A stretch of DNA of 63,370 nucleotides, filler included, from a bacterium (GCA_027063545.1; 15 parts of 15 records of this genome joined end to end with filler, not necessarily neighbours in it); one strand, 5' to 3'. Shown: positions 1 to 12,087, counted from the first letter of the whole stretch. Translations and numbers: made by a program. The notes: generated from the sequence alone by a model not told the origin.

Positions 1-261
1 GCCCTTGATGATGCTATTGATAGTGTTAACAACCAAAGAGCAACAATAGGGGCTTATGTTAATAGATTGGAACATACAATAGCTAATTTAAAAAATGCTC
101 AACTTAACACCCAGGCTGCTGAATCACTCATTAGAGATGTAGATGTAGGTGAGGAAATGGCTAACTTCACTAGACTTCAAATACTTGCTCAAACAGGTAC
201 AGCAATGCTTGCTCAGGCAAATATGGTTCCTCAAACTGTTTTAAATCTATTTAATGGATAA
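1..261 (+). CDS. fliC: Flagellin, C-terminal part (5' truncated by window)
   Basis: Frame open from base 1: ALDDAIDSVNNQRATIGAYVNRLEHTIANL...AAESLIRDVDVGEEMANFTRLQILAQTGTAMLAQAN, the canonical flagellin C-terminal domain. Confidence 0.95.
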   Translation, partial: ALDDAIDSVNNQRATIGAYVNRLEHTIANLKNAQLNTQAAESLIRDVDVGEEMANFTRLQILAQTGTAMLAQANMVPQTVLNLFNG

Positions 262-269
262 TAAAAAAT

Positions 270-294
270 CTCCCTCTTTTTATTCTTGAGGGAG
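270..294. terminator. Probable bidirectional intrinsic terminator between fliC and the vanZ-like gene
   Basis: CTCCCTC/GAGGGAG stem with an A-run on the left and a T-run on the right, between convergent genes. Confidence 0.6.
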
Positions 295-687
295 GAGTTT
301 TTTTTCCAAATATATTGATAGTATACTTAAAGATATAATAATCCCTGAAAAATCAGCAAAAAAATCATATATAGAAGATTGTCTTCCCGGGATAAAACTT
401 TGTATAGTTTCCTCAAAAGCGCCATAACCAATACCTATAATAAAAGATAACACAAATGCTCTTAGTATATTATATTTATTTATATACAAATATTTTAAAA
501 AAAACAAAGATGATAATATTCCATAAAAGCTAGCATGAAAAATTTTATCCATACCTTTTATAAAAATAAATTTAGGTAAATCTCTACCTGGAATAGTACC
601 TAAATAAAACATTAAAATCATCCAAAAATAAGGCAAAAACAATAAAAAGTAATAAAAAATTCTGTGTTTACTTCTTAAATAATGCAC
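280..687 (-). CDS. VanZ family membrane protein
   Basis: DKIFHASFYGIL, GAFEETIQSFIPGRQSSIYDFFADFSG motifs; hydrophobic helices. Confidence 0.85.
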   Translation of the reverse strand: MHYLRSKHRIFYYFLLFLPYFWMILMFYLGTIPGRDLPKFIFIKGMDKIFHASFYGILSSLFFLKYLYINKYNILRAFVLSFIIGIGYGAFEETIQSFIPGRQSSIYDFFADFSGIIISLSILSIYLEKKLLPQE

Positions 688-1621
688 TTACACTTTCTCC
701 ATAATGAATTCTTTTAATAGCTTCTGCAAAAAGAGGAGCAACATCTAAAACAGTTATTTTATCTATCTGCTTTTCCTTGGGTAGTGGAATTGTATTTGTT
801 ACAACAACCTCATCAATTGTAGAATTTTTAAGTCTTTCAATTGCTGGACCCACTAATACTCCATGAACAGCAAAAGCCCTTATTGTCTTTGCTCCCATTC
901 TTCTTAAAGCCTTCTCTGCTTCTATCATTGAACCTGCTGTTGATATCTCATCATCAAATATTATAGCATCTTTTCCCTCAACCTCTCCTATAACATGATA
1001 AACATGCGCCTGATCATCATCTGCTAATCTTCTTTTATCCATTACTGCTAGTGGTAAATTAAGTCTTGTTGCATAAGCTCCTGCTCTTTTAGCACTTCCA
1101 GCATCTGGAGCAACAACAACAGCATTTGATAAATCATAATTTTCTTTAAAATAATCTGTTGCTACCTTTATTGCTAAAAGTTGATCCGCTGGTATTCTAA
1201 AAAATCCCTGTATTTGAGGAGAATGTAGATTCATTGTTAAAACTCTATCAGCTCCTGCTGTTTCAACAAGATCTGCAACAAGCCTTGCTGTTATTGATAT
1301 TCTTGGTTCATCCTTTTTATCACTCCTAACATAGGGATAATATGGCATAACTGATGTAATTCTTCCTGCTGAAGCATGCTTTAAAGCATCAATCATAATA
1401 AGAAGTTCCATAAAATGATCATTAACAGGTGGCACTGATGTTTGAATAACAAAAACATCTGCACCTCTTACACATACCTCAGGCCTTACCTTAATATTAT
1501 CATTAGCAAATCTAATAATACTCATAGGTGATAGCTCTATTCCCAATTCTTCAGCAACTCTTTTTGCAAACTCTGGGTGTGATGATCCTGAAAATAACTC
1601 TATTCTAGTATGAGACATCAT
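668..1621 (-). CDS. prs: Ribose-phosphate pyrophosphokinase
   Basis: PYYPYVRSDKK, LHSPQIQGFF, VVAPDAG, IIFDDEISTAGS motifs. Confidence 0.97.
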   Translation of the reverse strand: MMSHTRIELFSGSSHPEFAKRVAEELGIELSPMSIIRFANDNIKVRPEVCVRGADVFVIQTSVPPVNDHFMELLIMIDALKHASAGRITSVMPYYPYVRSDKKDEPRISITARLVADLVETAGADRVLTMNLHSPQIQGFFRIPADQLLAIKVATDYFKENYDLSNAVVVAPDAGSAKRAGAYATRLNLPLAVMDKRRLADDDQAHVYHVIGEVEGKDAIIFDDEISTAGSMIEAEKALRRMGAKTIRAFAVHGVLVGPAIERLKNSTIDEVVVTNTIPLPKEKQIDKITVLDVAPLFAEAIKRIHYGESVSALFKK

Positions 1622-1625
1622 AACT

Positions 1626-2462
1626 TTATTCTCCTTTTTTTAATATGTTTCTAATTTTTTCTGATAAGCTTTTTGCTCTATTTTTTATCTCTAATAGCAA
1701 ATCTCCACCTTCCGCTTGAGGATAAAGAATCCCACGGGAGGAGTTTATTATAGAAAGACCTTTATTTTCTAAATTTGTTGATAAAACACTTTTTTCTAAA
1801 TCTCCACCCTGTGCTCCAACACCTGGCACTAAAAAAATAATATCTTTTCCCTCTTCTCTCAAACTAAGAAGCTGATCTGGTTTTGTTGCTCCAATTACTG
1901 CGCCTGTATTTTTATAAATACTATTATATTCTTTTACTCTTTCAAACACCTCTTCGTATAAAAACCTATTATTATCCAATCTCTTTTTTTCAAAATCATC
2001 ACTTCCTTTATTACTTGTTAAGACCAAAACAAAAACAAATCTATCTCTATACTCTAAAAATGGTTCTATAGAATCGCTTCCCATATAAGGAGCTATTGTT
2101 ATAGCATCTGCGTTAAAGTATTCAAATAAAGAATAAGCATATTTTTTAGAAGTATTCCCTATATCCCCTCTTTTTCCATCAACAATCACAGGAATATCAT
2201 CTGGAATATATTCAATAACCTCTTTTAAAACTTTCAAGCCTTCCCAACCAAAATATTCAAAAAAAGCCATATTAGGTTTATAACTAATAACATAATCCTT
2301 TGTTGCATCAATAACATCAAATAAAAATTTTCTAATTCCTTCTATATCTTTGGAATAACACCTAGAATCTATTTTTGTAATATCAGGATCAAGCCCTACA
2401 CAAAGAAGCGTTTTTTTTGCCTCAAATTGTGAAAATAATTTCTCTAAAAATCTATTGTTCAA
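1626..2462 (-). CDS. pyrF: Orotidine-5'-phosphate decarboxylase (long subfamily 2)
   Basis: LCVGLDP, YKPNMAFFE, DGKRGDIGNT, LVPGVGAQGG, NSSRGI. Confidence 0.95.
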   Translation of the reverse strand: MNNRFLEKLFSQFEAKKTLLCVGLDPDITKIDSRCYSKDIEGIRKFLFDVIDATKDYVISYKPNMAFFEYFGWEGLKVLKEVIEYIPDDIPVIVDGKRGDIGNTSKKYAYSLFEYFNADAITIAPYMGSDSIEPFLEYRDRFVFVLVLTSNKGSDDFEKKRLDNNRFLYEEVFERVKEYNSIYKNTGAVIGATKPDQLLSLREEGKDIIFLVPGVGAQGGDLEKSVLSTNLENKGLSIINSSRGILYPQAEGGDLLLEIKNRAKSLSEKIRNILKKGE

Positions 2463-2475
2463 TTTTCTCTCCTTT

Positions 2476-3024
2476 TTAAATAAATTTTTTTAAATCTATT
2501 AAATTATCAATAATCTCAACCTTTTCAAGAAGAGATGATGAATCATTTTGAAGCTTTTCAACCTCCTCAATACCATGACCTTTTTTTAGTAAAAAACCTT
2601 TTTTTAATTTGGCAGTTTCCACAAGTTTTACATCACTAACCTTATCACCAACAACAAAACTCTCACTTAAATCTATATTAAAATCCTTTTTAGCCTTTAA
2701 AACCATTCCTGGCTTTGGCTTTCTACATTCGCACTCTCCTGTAATATCAGGATGATGCGGGCAGAAATATATTCCATCAATTAAATAATTATCTCCCAAA
2801 AGTTCTATCATTCTTTTATTTACATTATGAAAATCCTCTTCTGTTAAATAACCTCTTGCTATTCCAGATTGATTTGAAATAACTATTATTAGAAAACCTT
2901 TCTGTTTTAAATATGTTAAAATCTTATAGGTATCTGAATAGAGTTCTACCTCTTCAGGATCTTTAATATAATGCTTTTCAACAATTAAAGTACCATCTCT
3001 ATCAAAGAATACTGCTTTTTGCAT
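2476..3024 (-). CDS. gmhB: D-glycero-D-manno-heptose 1,7-bisphosphate phosphatase (HAD)
   Basis: FFDRDGTL, SNQSGIARG, CPHHP...CECRKPKPGM, VGDKVSD. Confidence 0.9.
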   Translation of the reverse strand: MQKAVFFDRDGTLIVEKHYIKDPEEVELYSDTYKILTYLKQKGFLIIVISNQSGIARGYLTEEDFHNVNKRMIELLGDNYLIDGIYFCPHHPDITGECECRKPKPGMVLKAKKDFNIDLSESFVVGDKVSDVKLVETAKLKKGFLLKKGHGIEEVEKLQNDSSSLLEKVEIIDNLIDLKKFI

Positions 3025-3053
3025 ATATTTAAAAATAAATTATTTTTTCTCAT

Positions 3054-3914
3054 ATGAAAAAAATAAAAAGCCTGTTGAAATTAATAAGAATAGAAAATAC
3101 AATTCTTGCTGCTATTGGTGTTTTTTTAGGGAGTTTTTTCTCTGATATAGATATTTTTAAAAACTTCTATATAGTTTTTTCTTCATCTCTTAGTGCTTTT
3201 TTTATAACAGGCTTTGGAAATATTAATAATGATATTGTTGATTTTCAAACAGATTTAAAGAATAAAAAAAACCGGCCTTTAATAACTGGAGATTTCTCTT
3301 TAAAAGAAGCAATATTATTGCAGTACATTTTTTTAATATTAGGCTTTTTGGTTGTATGGAAGTGGAAGTATCTTCTTTTTATCTCATCTTCTGTTAGTAT
3401 TATTCTTTTAGGATATAATAAAATATTTAAAAAACTCCCTATTATTGGCAATATTATTGTAGCCTCCCTTGTTAGTTTAACTTATATCTACGGTTCATTA
3501 ACATCTATATATGTTAATAATATGTTAAAAATTGATTTTATACCTATAGTTTTTATATTTTTAATAAACTTTATAAGGGAGGTTGTTAAGGATATAGAGG
3601 ATTATTATGGGGATAAAGAGTTAGGGTATAAAACTCTTCCTATAGTTATAGGACCAAACAAAACAAAGATTTTTCTTTATGTGCTTTATCTTATATTTAT
3701 TCCTCTTTTATTTTACCCTGTTTTTAAAGGTGTTTATGGTAGAGTTTATTTATTTTTAATGCTTATGCTTGTATTTTTGCCTTTTCTTCATTCTTTAATC
3801 TTACTCATAAATGCTAGAATAAAAGAGGATTTTCACAAAATCAGTACTCTTTTAAAGTTTATTATGATAGGTGGTATTTTCACTCTTGTTTTTGATAAAA
3901 TAATTAAATTATAA
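3054..3914 (+). CDS. UbiA-family prenyltransferase, DGGGP-synthase-like
   Basis: NDIVDFQTDLKNKKNRPL and REVVKDIEDYYGDKELGYKTLP aspartate-rich motifs; multi-TM. Confidence 0.85.
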   Translation: MKKIKSLLKLIRIENTILAAIGVFLGSFFSDIDIFKNFYIVFSSSLSAFFITGFGNINNDIVDFQTDLKNKKNRPLITGDFSLKEAILLQYIFLILGFLVVWKWKYLLFISSSVSIILLGYNKIFKKLPIIGNIIVASLVSLTYIYGSLTSIYVNNMLKIDFIPIVFIFLINFIREVVKDIEDYYGDKELGYKTLPIVIGPNKTKIFLYVLYLIFIPLLFYPVFKGVYGRVYLFLMLMLVFLPFLHSLILLINARIKEDFHKISTLLKFIMIGGIFTLVFDKIIKL

Positions 3915-3928
3915 AAAAGGATAGGATC

Positions 3929-4387
3929 ATGAGGGTTCTTATTCAAAGGTGTTTAGAGGCTAATTGTAAGGTTGAAGGAAAGATTGTTGGAGAGATAAAA
4001 AAAGGTTTTGTAGTTTTTGTTGGTTTTCATAAAGATGATAGCATAAATGATTTAGAGTATTTATTTAAAAAGGTTTCTAATATAAGAATATTTGAAAACG
4101 AAGAGGGGAAAATTCATTATAGTATTCAAGACATAAAAGGTGAGATTCTTTTAATTCCACAATTTACCCTATATGCTAATACCAAAAAAGGAAATAGACC
4201 AGATTTTTTAGAATCAATGCCTCCTCAACAAGCAAAAGAGTTCTTTTATAGTTTTGTTGATATGTTTAAACAAAGAACCTCATTAAAAATAGAAACTGGT
4301 GTTTTTGGTGCTGATATGAAGATTTATGTTTTAAATGATGGCCCTTTTTCAATATTTATAGATAGTTCTCAAAGAGTAGGGAAATAA
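3929..4387 (+). CDS. dtd: D-aminoacyl-tRNA deacylase
   Basis: MRVLIQR, QFTLYANTKKGNRPDF, GVFGADM, NDGP. Confidence 0.95.
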   Translation: MRVLIQRCLEANCKVEGKIVGEIKKGFVVFVGFHKDDSINDLEYLFKKVSNIRIFENEEGKIHYSIQDIKGEILLIPQFTLYANTKKGNRPDFLESMPPQQAKEFFYSFVDMFKQRTSLKIETGVFGADMKIYVLNDGPFSIFIDSSQRVGK

Positions 4388-4390
4388 AAA

Positions 4391-5119
4391 ATGGAGATAG
4401 ATAAAAATACCTACAACCTTTTTGGTTATATCATACCTGCTTATAATGAATACCCATATATAGAGAATGTTTTAAACAAACTATTAACATTAGGGATTGA
4501 AAGGGATAATATATTAGTTATTGATGATTCTTCAAATGATGAAACACCTAGATCTATAAAAAAATTTAGGGTAAATTGTATTTCACATGGTATAAATAAA
4601 GGCAAAGGTGCTGGTATTATTGAGGGTATAAAATTTTTTTTTCAAAGATCTAAATTAAAAGAGAAATTAAAAGGTGTTTTTATAATAGATGGGGATGGTC
4701 AACATCCACCTGTTCATATTAAAGATTTTATAAAACTTTATTTAGAAAAACGGAGTGATTTAATTATAGGAAAAAGGGAGTTTTCTCCAAAAAAAATGCC
4801 TATTGATAGAATTATATCCAATACATTAACAAGTTTTTTTATATCTTTAGTTTGTAGAAAAAGGATCTATGATTCACAATCTGGATATAGATTTTTAAGT
4901 AAAAAATTTGCTTTATTTTTTAAGCCAAAAGACACAAGGTTTTTAACAGAATCGGAGATGATAATACAAGCAGCAAAAGAAGGGTTTAAGATTGATTTTG
5001 TTGATATAGAAACAGTTTATAACAAAAGTGTTTCTAAGATAAATAGATTTAGCGATACTCTTAGATTTATAAAATGGTATTTTAAAGATGCTTTTTTTTA
5101 TAAAAAAAGGAAAAAGTAG
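4391..5119 (+). CDS. Glycosyltransferase family 2 (DPM1-like)
   Basis: IIPAYNE, IDDSSND, NKGKG, IDGDGQH, DSQSGYR. Confidence 0.9.
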   Translation: MEIDKNTYNLFGYIIPAYNEYPYIENVLNKLLTLGIERDNILVIDDSSNDETPRSIKKFRVNCISHGINKGKGAGIIEGIKFFFQRSKLKEKLKGVFIIDGDGQHPPVHIKDFIKLYLEKRSDLIIGKREFSPKKMPIDRIISNTLTSFFISLVCRKRIYDSQSGYRFLSKKFALFFKPKDTRFLTESEMIIQAAKEGFKIDFVDIETVYNKSVSKINRFSDTLRFIKWYFKDAFFYKKRKK

Positions 5120-5121
5120 GA

Positions 5122-5793
5122 ATGGAGTTTAAAGAAGAAAAGGAGTTTTTAATAAGGGAACTTAAAAACTCTGGAACATTTGATTTAAAGGTTTTAGAGG
5201 CTATTTATAATATCCCAAGGGAGGTATTTGTTCCTGAGTTTTTAAAGGATAGAGCATATGAAAATGTTCCTCTACCAATAGGAGAAGGGCAAACTATTTC
5301 TCAACCTTTTATGGTAGCTTATATGACACAGCATTTAGAGATTTTTGAGGGTTGTAAGGTTTTAGAGATTGGAACAGGAAGTGGTTATCAAGCAGGTATT
5401 TTAAGTTATTTAGGATGCGAGGTTTATACTATAGAAAGAATTGATTATTTATCAAAAAAAGCAAAAGAGAATTTAAAAAAGGCTTCTGAGGTGATTGGTA
5501 AGGATTTACTTAAAAATATAAAATTCTTTATTGGCGATGGTTCATTAGGATTTAAAAATTATGCTCCTTATGATAGAATAATTATAACTGCTGCCGCAAT
5601 CTATAATAAAACACAAACATTTATAGAACAACTCTCTGATAACAATGGAATTTTAATAGTTCCTGAAGGAAAAAATCTAGAGATTCAGATTTTAAGAAAA
5701 TATATAAAAAACAATGGAAAGATTGAGGTTATTGATTTGGATTATTGTAGGTTTGTTCCTTTAATTGGAGAAAATGGATGGCAAGAGGATTAA
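5122..5793 (+). CDS. pcm: Protein-L-isoaspartate O-methyltransferase
   Basis: LPIGEGQTISQP, VLEIGTGSGYQA, APYDRIIITAA, RFVPL. Confidence 0.95.
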   Translation: MEFKEEKEFLIRELKNSGTFDLKVLEAIYNIPREVFVPEFLKDRAYENVPLPIGEGQTISQPFMVAYMTQHLEIFEGCKVLEIGTGSGYQAGILSYLGCEVYTIERIDYLSKKAKENLKKASEVIGKDLLKNIKFFIGDGSLGFKNYAPYDRIIITAAAIYNKTQTFIEQLSDNNGILIVPEGKNLEIQILRKYIKNNGKIEVIDLDYCRFVPLIGENGWQED

Positions 5794-5820
5794 AAAAATA
5801 GATAAAGGGGAGAGATTAGA

Positions 5821-8241
5821 ATGAAAAAGGATTTAAGAGAACTTTTAAAAGAAAAGATATTAATATTAGACGGAGCAACTGGAACAGAACTTCAAAAAAA
5901 AGGTCTTCCAAAGGGAGTTTGTCCTGAATGGTGGATATATGAAAACCCAACTCCTTTAATAGAACTTCAAAGGGATTATGTAAAAAATGGATCTATGGCT
6001 GTTTTAGCCCCTACATTTGGAGCAAATAGAATAAAACTATCAAACTATGGCCTTGAGAATAAAACTAGGTTTTTAAACAAAGAACTTGTAAAAATATCAA
6101 GAAAGGCTGTAGGTAAGGATATATATGTTTTGGGAGATATATCCTCAACAGGAAAATTTGTTGAACCTTTTGGAGAACTTCCTTTTGAGGAGGCTGTTAA
6201 TGTTTATAAAGAGCAGGTAGAAGCTTTGGTTGAGGCTGGTGTTGATGGATTTTTTATAGAAACAATGATAGATATTCAAGAGGCAAGGGCTGCTCTTATT
6301 GCTGTAAAGGAAACAATTGATCTTCCTGTTTTTGTTTCTATGACATATGAAATGGATGGCCATACACTAACAGGTTCTGATCCTATAACAGCCTCAATAA
6401 CTCTTGCCAGTTTAGGAGCTGATGCTGTTGGAGCAAATTGTTCTACAGGTCCTGATAGAATGGTTGAGGTTATAAAAAAGATCAAAGAGGTTGTTAGTAT
6501 TCCTGTTTTAGCAAAGCCAAATGCTGGACTACCTAAATTAAAGGACGGAAAAACAGTTTTTGATATGGGTCCAGAGGAGTTTGCCTCATTTTTACCTAAA
6601 TTTTATGAGTATGGTATAAATATAATAGGTGGTTGTTGTGGAACAACCCCTGATCATATAAAATTAGTTAGTGAGTTTTTTAAGGATAAAAAGCCTATTC
6701 CTCCAAAACACAAAAAACTTCCTCCTATAGCAACCTCTACAAGAAAGAGTGTTTTATTTGATATAGATGGCGAGTTTATTATAATAGGGGAGAGGATAAA
6801 CCCTACAGGAAAAAAGAAGCTAAAAGAAGATATAAAGAATAAAAACTATGTTTCTATTAAAAAACTTGCTTTAGAGCAAAAAAATGCTGGTGCACATCTT
6901 CTAGATATAAACGTAGGAGTTCCTTCAGTTGATGAGGTTGAGGTAGCAAAAGAGGTTATACCTCAGATATTAAAAATTGTAGATACACCTCTTGTTATTG
7001 ATTCTTCAAATGTTGAGGTATTTGAGAGGATTTTAAGAATATATCCGGGAAGAGCAGTTATCAACTCTATTTCTTTTGAAAAACATAAATATGAAAAACT
7101 TCTTCCATTGGTAAAAAAATATGGTTCTTTATTTATATTTTTACCTCTTTCAGAAAAAGGAATACCAAAAAGTATTAAAGAGAAAATAGAAATAACAAAA
7201 AAGGCTTTAGATGTTTTTGAAAAAGAATATAATATTCCAAAAGAATATATGATAATAGATGGGCTTGTTATGACTGTATCAACTGGTAGTGAAAATGCAA
7301 AACTATTTCTTGATTACATAGAGTGGGTATATAAAAATATAAAACTTCCAACAACAGCTGGGCTTTCAAATATTAGTTTTGGTCTTCCAAATAGAAAGAT
7401 TATAAACACAACATTTCTTTCTATGGCAACCTCAAAAGGCTTAACCTCTGCTATTATTAATCCAAACTCTAAGGAAATGATGGATACCATATGCACTATA
7501 AACCTTCTTAAAGGAGCAGATAAAAACGCACTGAAATATATAGAAAGATTCTCTCAAGAAATATCTGAAGATGACCTTAAAAAACAGAAAAAAACAGAAA
7601 ACATAGAAAACCTTCCATTAGATAAAAGACTATATAAAATGGTTGTTGATGGAACAGACGATTTCTTGGAGGAGGTTGTTAATAATCTGTTAAAAGAGAA
7701 ATCTCCTCAGGATATAATGGATCATATTTTAATTCCAGCAATAAGGGAAGTTGGAGACTTATATGATAAAAAGATATATTTTCTTCCACAACTTATGATG
7801 AGTGCAAATGTTATGCAAAAGGCTGTCAAAATACTGGAACCTCTTTTAAGAAAGGAGTCCAACGAAGAAAAGGGTGTTGTTGTTTTTGCAACAGTAAAAG
7901 GTGATATTCATGATATAGGAAAAAATATTGTTATTTTAATGTTAAGAAATAATGGTTTTAAGGTTATTGATTTAGGAAAGGATGTTGATCTTGATACAAT
8001 AATAGAGGCAGCAATAAAAAACAATGCTGATATTATAGGTCTTTCTGCTTTAATGACAACAACAATGACAGAGATGCCAAATGTGATAAAAAAGGTTAGA
8101 GAGTTGGGTCTTAAAGCAAAGGTTATGGTTGGTGGAGCAGTTGTTGATGAGGAGTATGCTAAATTAATTGGTGCTGATGGATATTCAAAGGATGCTGCAG
8201 AGGCTGTTAAGGTTGCAACAAAACTTTTAGAAGAAAAATAA
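5821..8241 (+). CDS. metH: Cobalamin-dependent methionine synthase (Hcy, pterin, cap and B12 domains; no reactivation domain)
   Basis: LDGATGT, GANCS, GGCCGTTPDHI, IGERINPTG, GDIHDIGKNIV, LSALMTTT. Confidence 0.92.
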   Translation: MKKDLRELLKEKILILDGATGTELQKKGLPKGVCPEWWIYENPTPLIELQRDYVKNGSMAVLAPTFGANRIKLSNYGLENKTRFLNKELVKISRKAVGKDIYVLGDISSTGKFVEPFGELPFEEAVNVYKEQVEALVEAGVDGFFIETMIDIQEARAALIAVKETIDLPVFVSMTYEMDGHTLTGSDPITASITLASLGADAVGANCSTGPDRMVEVIKKIKEVVSIPVLAKPNAGLPKLKDGKTVFDMGPEEFASFLPKFYEYGINIIGGCCGTTPDHIKLVSEFFKDKKPIPPKHKKLPPIATSTRKSVLFDIDGEFIIIGERINPTGKKKLKEDIKNKNYVSIKKLALEQKNAGAHLLDINVGVPSVDEVEVAKEVIPQILKIVDTPLVIDSSNVEVFERILRIYPGRAVINSISFEKHKYEKLLPLVKKYGSLFIFLPLSEKGIPKSIKEKIEITKKALDVFEKEYNIPKEYMIIDGLVMTVSTGSENAKLFLDYIEWVYKNIKLPTTAGLSNISFGLPNRKIINTTFLSMATSKGLTSAIINPNSKEMMDTICTINLLKGADKNALKYIERFSQEISEDDLKKQKKTENIENLPLDKRLYKMVVDGTDDFLEEVVNNLLKEKSPQDIMDHILIPAIREVGDLYDKKIYFLPQLMMSANVMQKAVKILEPLLRKESNEEKGVVVFATVKGDIHDIGKNIVILMLRNNGFKVIDLGKDVDLDTIIEAAIKNNADIIGLSALMTTTMTEMPNVIKKVRELGLKAKVMVGGAVVDEEYAKLIGADGYSKDAAEAVKVATKLLEEK

Positions 8242-8265
8242 AATTATAAAAAGATTAAAATAAAA

Positions 8266-8305
8266 AAGCCCTGAAAGAGCATAATTTAAAACTCTTTCAG
8301 GGCTT
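8266..8305. terminator. Bidirectional intrinsic terminator between metH and eno
   Basis: 14-bp stem AAGCCCTGAAAGAG/CTCTTTCAGGGCTT with A and T tails, between convergent genes. Confidence 0.85.
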
Positions 8306-8343
8306 AATTTTTTATTATAGTTCTTTAATTTTCCCTTAATTTA

Positions 8344-9696
<1,353 letters not shown>

Positions 9697-9702
9697 TTAA
9701 AA

Positions 9703-11384
9703 TTAAATATCAAGATTTTTTACATATAAAGCGTTTTCTTGTATAAATTTTTTCCTTTCCTCAACATTTTCTCCCATTAAAATACTAAAAATCTGTTCAG
9801 CAACTATAGCATCCTCTATTGTAACCCTTTTTAGGATTCTTGTTTCATAATTCATAGTTGTTTCCCAGAGTTCATCCTTATCCATCTCACCTAACCCTTT
9901 AAATCTTTGAACTTGAATTAATTTTTCTCCTTTTTCTTCCATGTCTTTTAATTTTTTATCTTTTTCTTCTTCTGTGTATACATAGTATATTTTTTCTTTT
10001 TTACCAGATCGTGCTTTTATTTTATATAAAGGAGGCATAGCAATATAAACATGACCATTCTCTATTAGAGGTTTTAAATATCTATAAAAGAGTGTTAATA
10101 ATAAAATTTGAATATGACTACCATCAACATCAGCATCTGTCATAAAGATTATTTTTCCGTATCTTAGTTTTGATATATCAAAATTATCTCCAAATCCTGT
10201 TCCTAATGCTGTTATAATACTTTTAATTTCATCATTTGTTAAAATCTTATGAGGATTTGATTTCTCTACATTTAAAATCTTACCCTTTAAAGGAAGTATT
10301 GCTTGATAGTTTCTATCTCTTCCCTGTTTTGCATTACCACCTGCAGAATCTCCCTCAACTATAAAAAGTTCGCTTTTTGCTGGATCTTTAGAAATACAAT
10401 CTGTTAATTTTCCCGGTAAAGATGTTGAATCTAAGAAATTTTTTCTTTTTATTTGCTTTGCTTTTCTTGCAGCTTCTCTTGCTTCTGCATTATTAATAAC
10501 TTTCTTACAAATAGCCTCTGCAATCTTTGGATTATCTTCAAAATACTGATCTAAATAACCTTTTACTATAGAATAAACAATACCTCTTACCTCACTATTT
10601 CCCAATCTTCCCTTTGTTTGTCCTTCAAATTGTGGTTCTTTCACATAAACACTAACAACAGCAGTTAATCCTTCTTTTACATCATCACCTGTTATTTGAA
10701 GTTTAGATTGCTGCTTTGTTAGTAGATTATGGTCTTTGATATATTTATTTATAGAAGCTGTTAAAGCACTTCTAAAACCAGAAACATGTGTTCCACCATC
10801 TTTGGTTCTAATATTATTCACATATGAGAATATTATTTCAGAATATTCTGTATTATATCTAAAAGCAATTTGAAGAGGAACCTCATAATCCTTTTTTTCT
10901 ATAACTATTACCTCTTTATGTAGAGGAGTTTTTCCAGAATCTAGAAAATTAACAAACTCAACTAATCCACCTTCATAATGAAAAACTTCTTTTTTTCCAT
11001 TTCTTTCATCTTCTATTGTTATCTCAAGCCCAGGATTTAAAAATGCAAGCTCTCTTAATCTTTCTGCTATTCTATCATAATGAAATACTGTCGTTTCTTT
11101 AAAAATCTCTGGATCAGGAGAGAATATAACCTTTGTTCCTGTATGATTTTTTATATCTGAAGAGTTTATATAATCAATTAAATAAAACTGAACCCTATCT
11201 TCTAGTTTTCTTAATGTTTCAACAGAAAGTTCTCCCAATACTTCTAGTTTTGTTTTTGTAATTCCTCTCTCATATCTTTGATAATATATCTTTCCATCTC
11301 TTATTATATAAACCTCAAGATAGGTACTTAAAGCATTAACACAACTTACACCTACACCATGAAGACCTCCAGAGATCTTATAAG
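9703..11384 (-). CDS. gyrB: DNA gyrase subunit B (5' truncated at linker)
   Basis: Frame open to the linker (YKISGGLHGVGVSCVNALS); FEGQTK, VEGDSAGG, PLKGKILN, TDADVDG, RFKGLGEM; ends NLDI. Confidence 0.95.
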
Positions 11385-11484
11385 NNNNNNNNNNNNNNNN
11401 NNNNNNNNNNNNNNNNNNNNNNNNNNNNTTAATTAATTAANNNNNNNNNNNNNNNNNNNNNNNNNNNNNNNNNNNNNNNNNNNN
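11385..11484. other. Artificial contig linker N44-TTAATTAATTAA-N44 (first of 14)
   Basis: Same 100-nt spacer also starts at 22640, 24560, 26476, 28385, 30281, 32168, 40624, 43171, 54080, 55950, 57811, 59671 and 61522; stops in all six frames. Confidence 0.99.
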
Positions 11485-11968
11485 GAGGATTATATAAGTC
11501 TATAAAAGAAATAGCTCTTCCATGAGAAGCTATTAAAGTACTATCATTATTGGTATAACAAATATCATATACTCCACCTTGTCCATCTAAAGTAAAACTT
11601 TCAAAATTCTCTAAGCTATCACCCTCATATACCTTATAAATTACCAAATTAAGAGAATCTGATTGTATAATAGATCCACCAAAAGCTACAAATTTTCCAT
11701 CATGTGAAAATCTAATAACAGCATTCCCCCCAGAAACACCATCAATTTTTTTTATTGTATCTCCATTCTCTTTACTTAATACTAAAGCTATAGAGTCTCC
11801 TACATAATTATTTCCTATATAAATATTTGTATCTATTTTTGAAATGTCTATCGGATTATTTCCATAATAACTATTCACTGACCAAATAAGATAATCTGAG
11901 GTTTGAGAATAAATTGTTAAAATTGTGTGAAAAAATAAAAACATTGATAAAAAAACTAATTTTTTCAT
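11485..11968 (-). CDS. Secreted WD40/beta-propeller-like protein (3' truncated)
   Basis: Signal peptide MKKLVFLSMFLFF; IRFSHDGKFVAFGG and VYDICYTNNDSTLIAS propeller-like blades. Confidence 0.55.
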
Positions 11969-12087
11969 AAAAAAAACTCCTTTTTTGTATCTTTTACAAT
12001 TATAAATAAATTAAAATATAGTATCTAATATAACTTTTTTTGAAAAAAAGTCAATAGAAGCACAGATATCTTGAGAAAATATAATAA

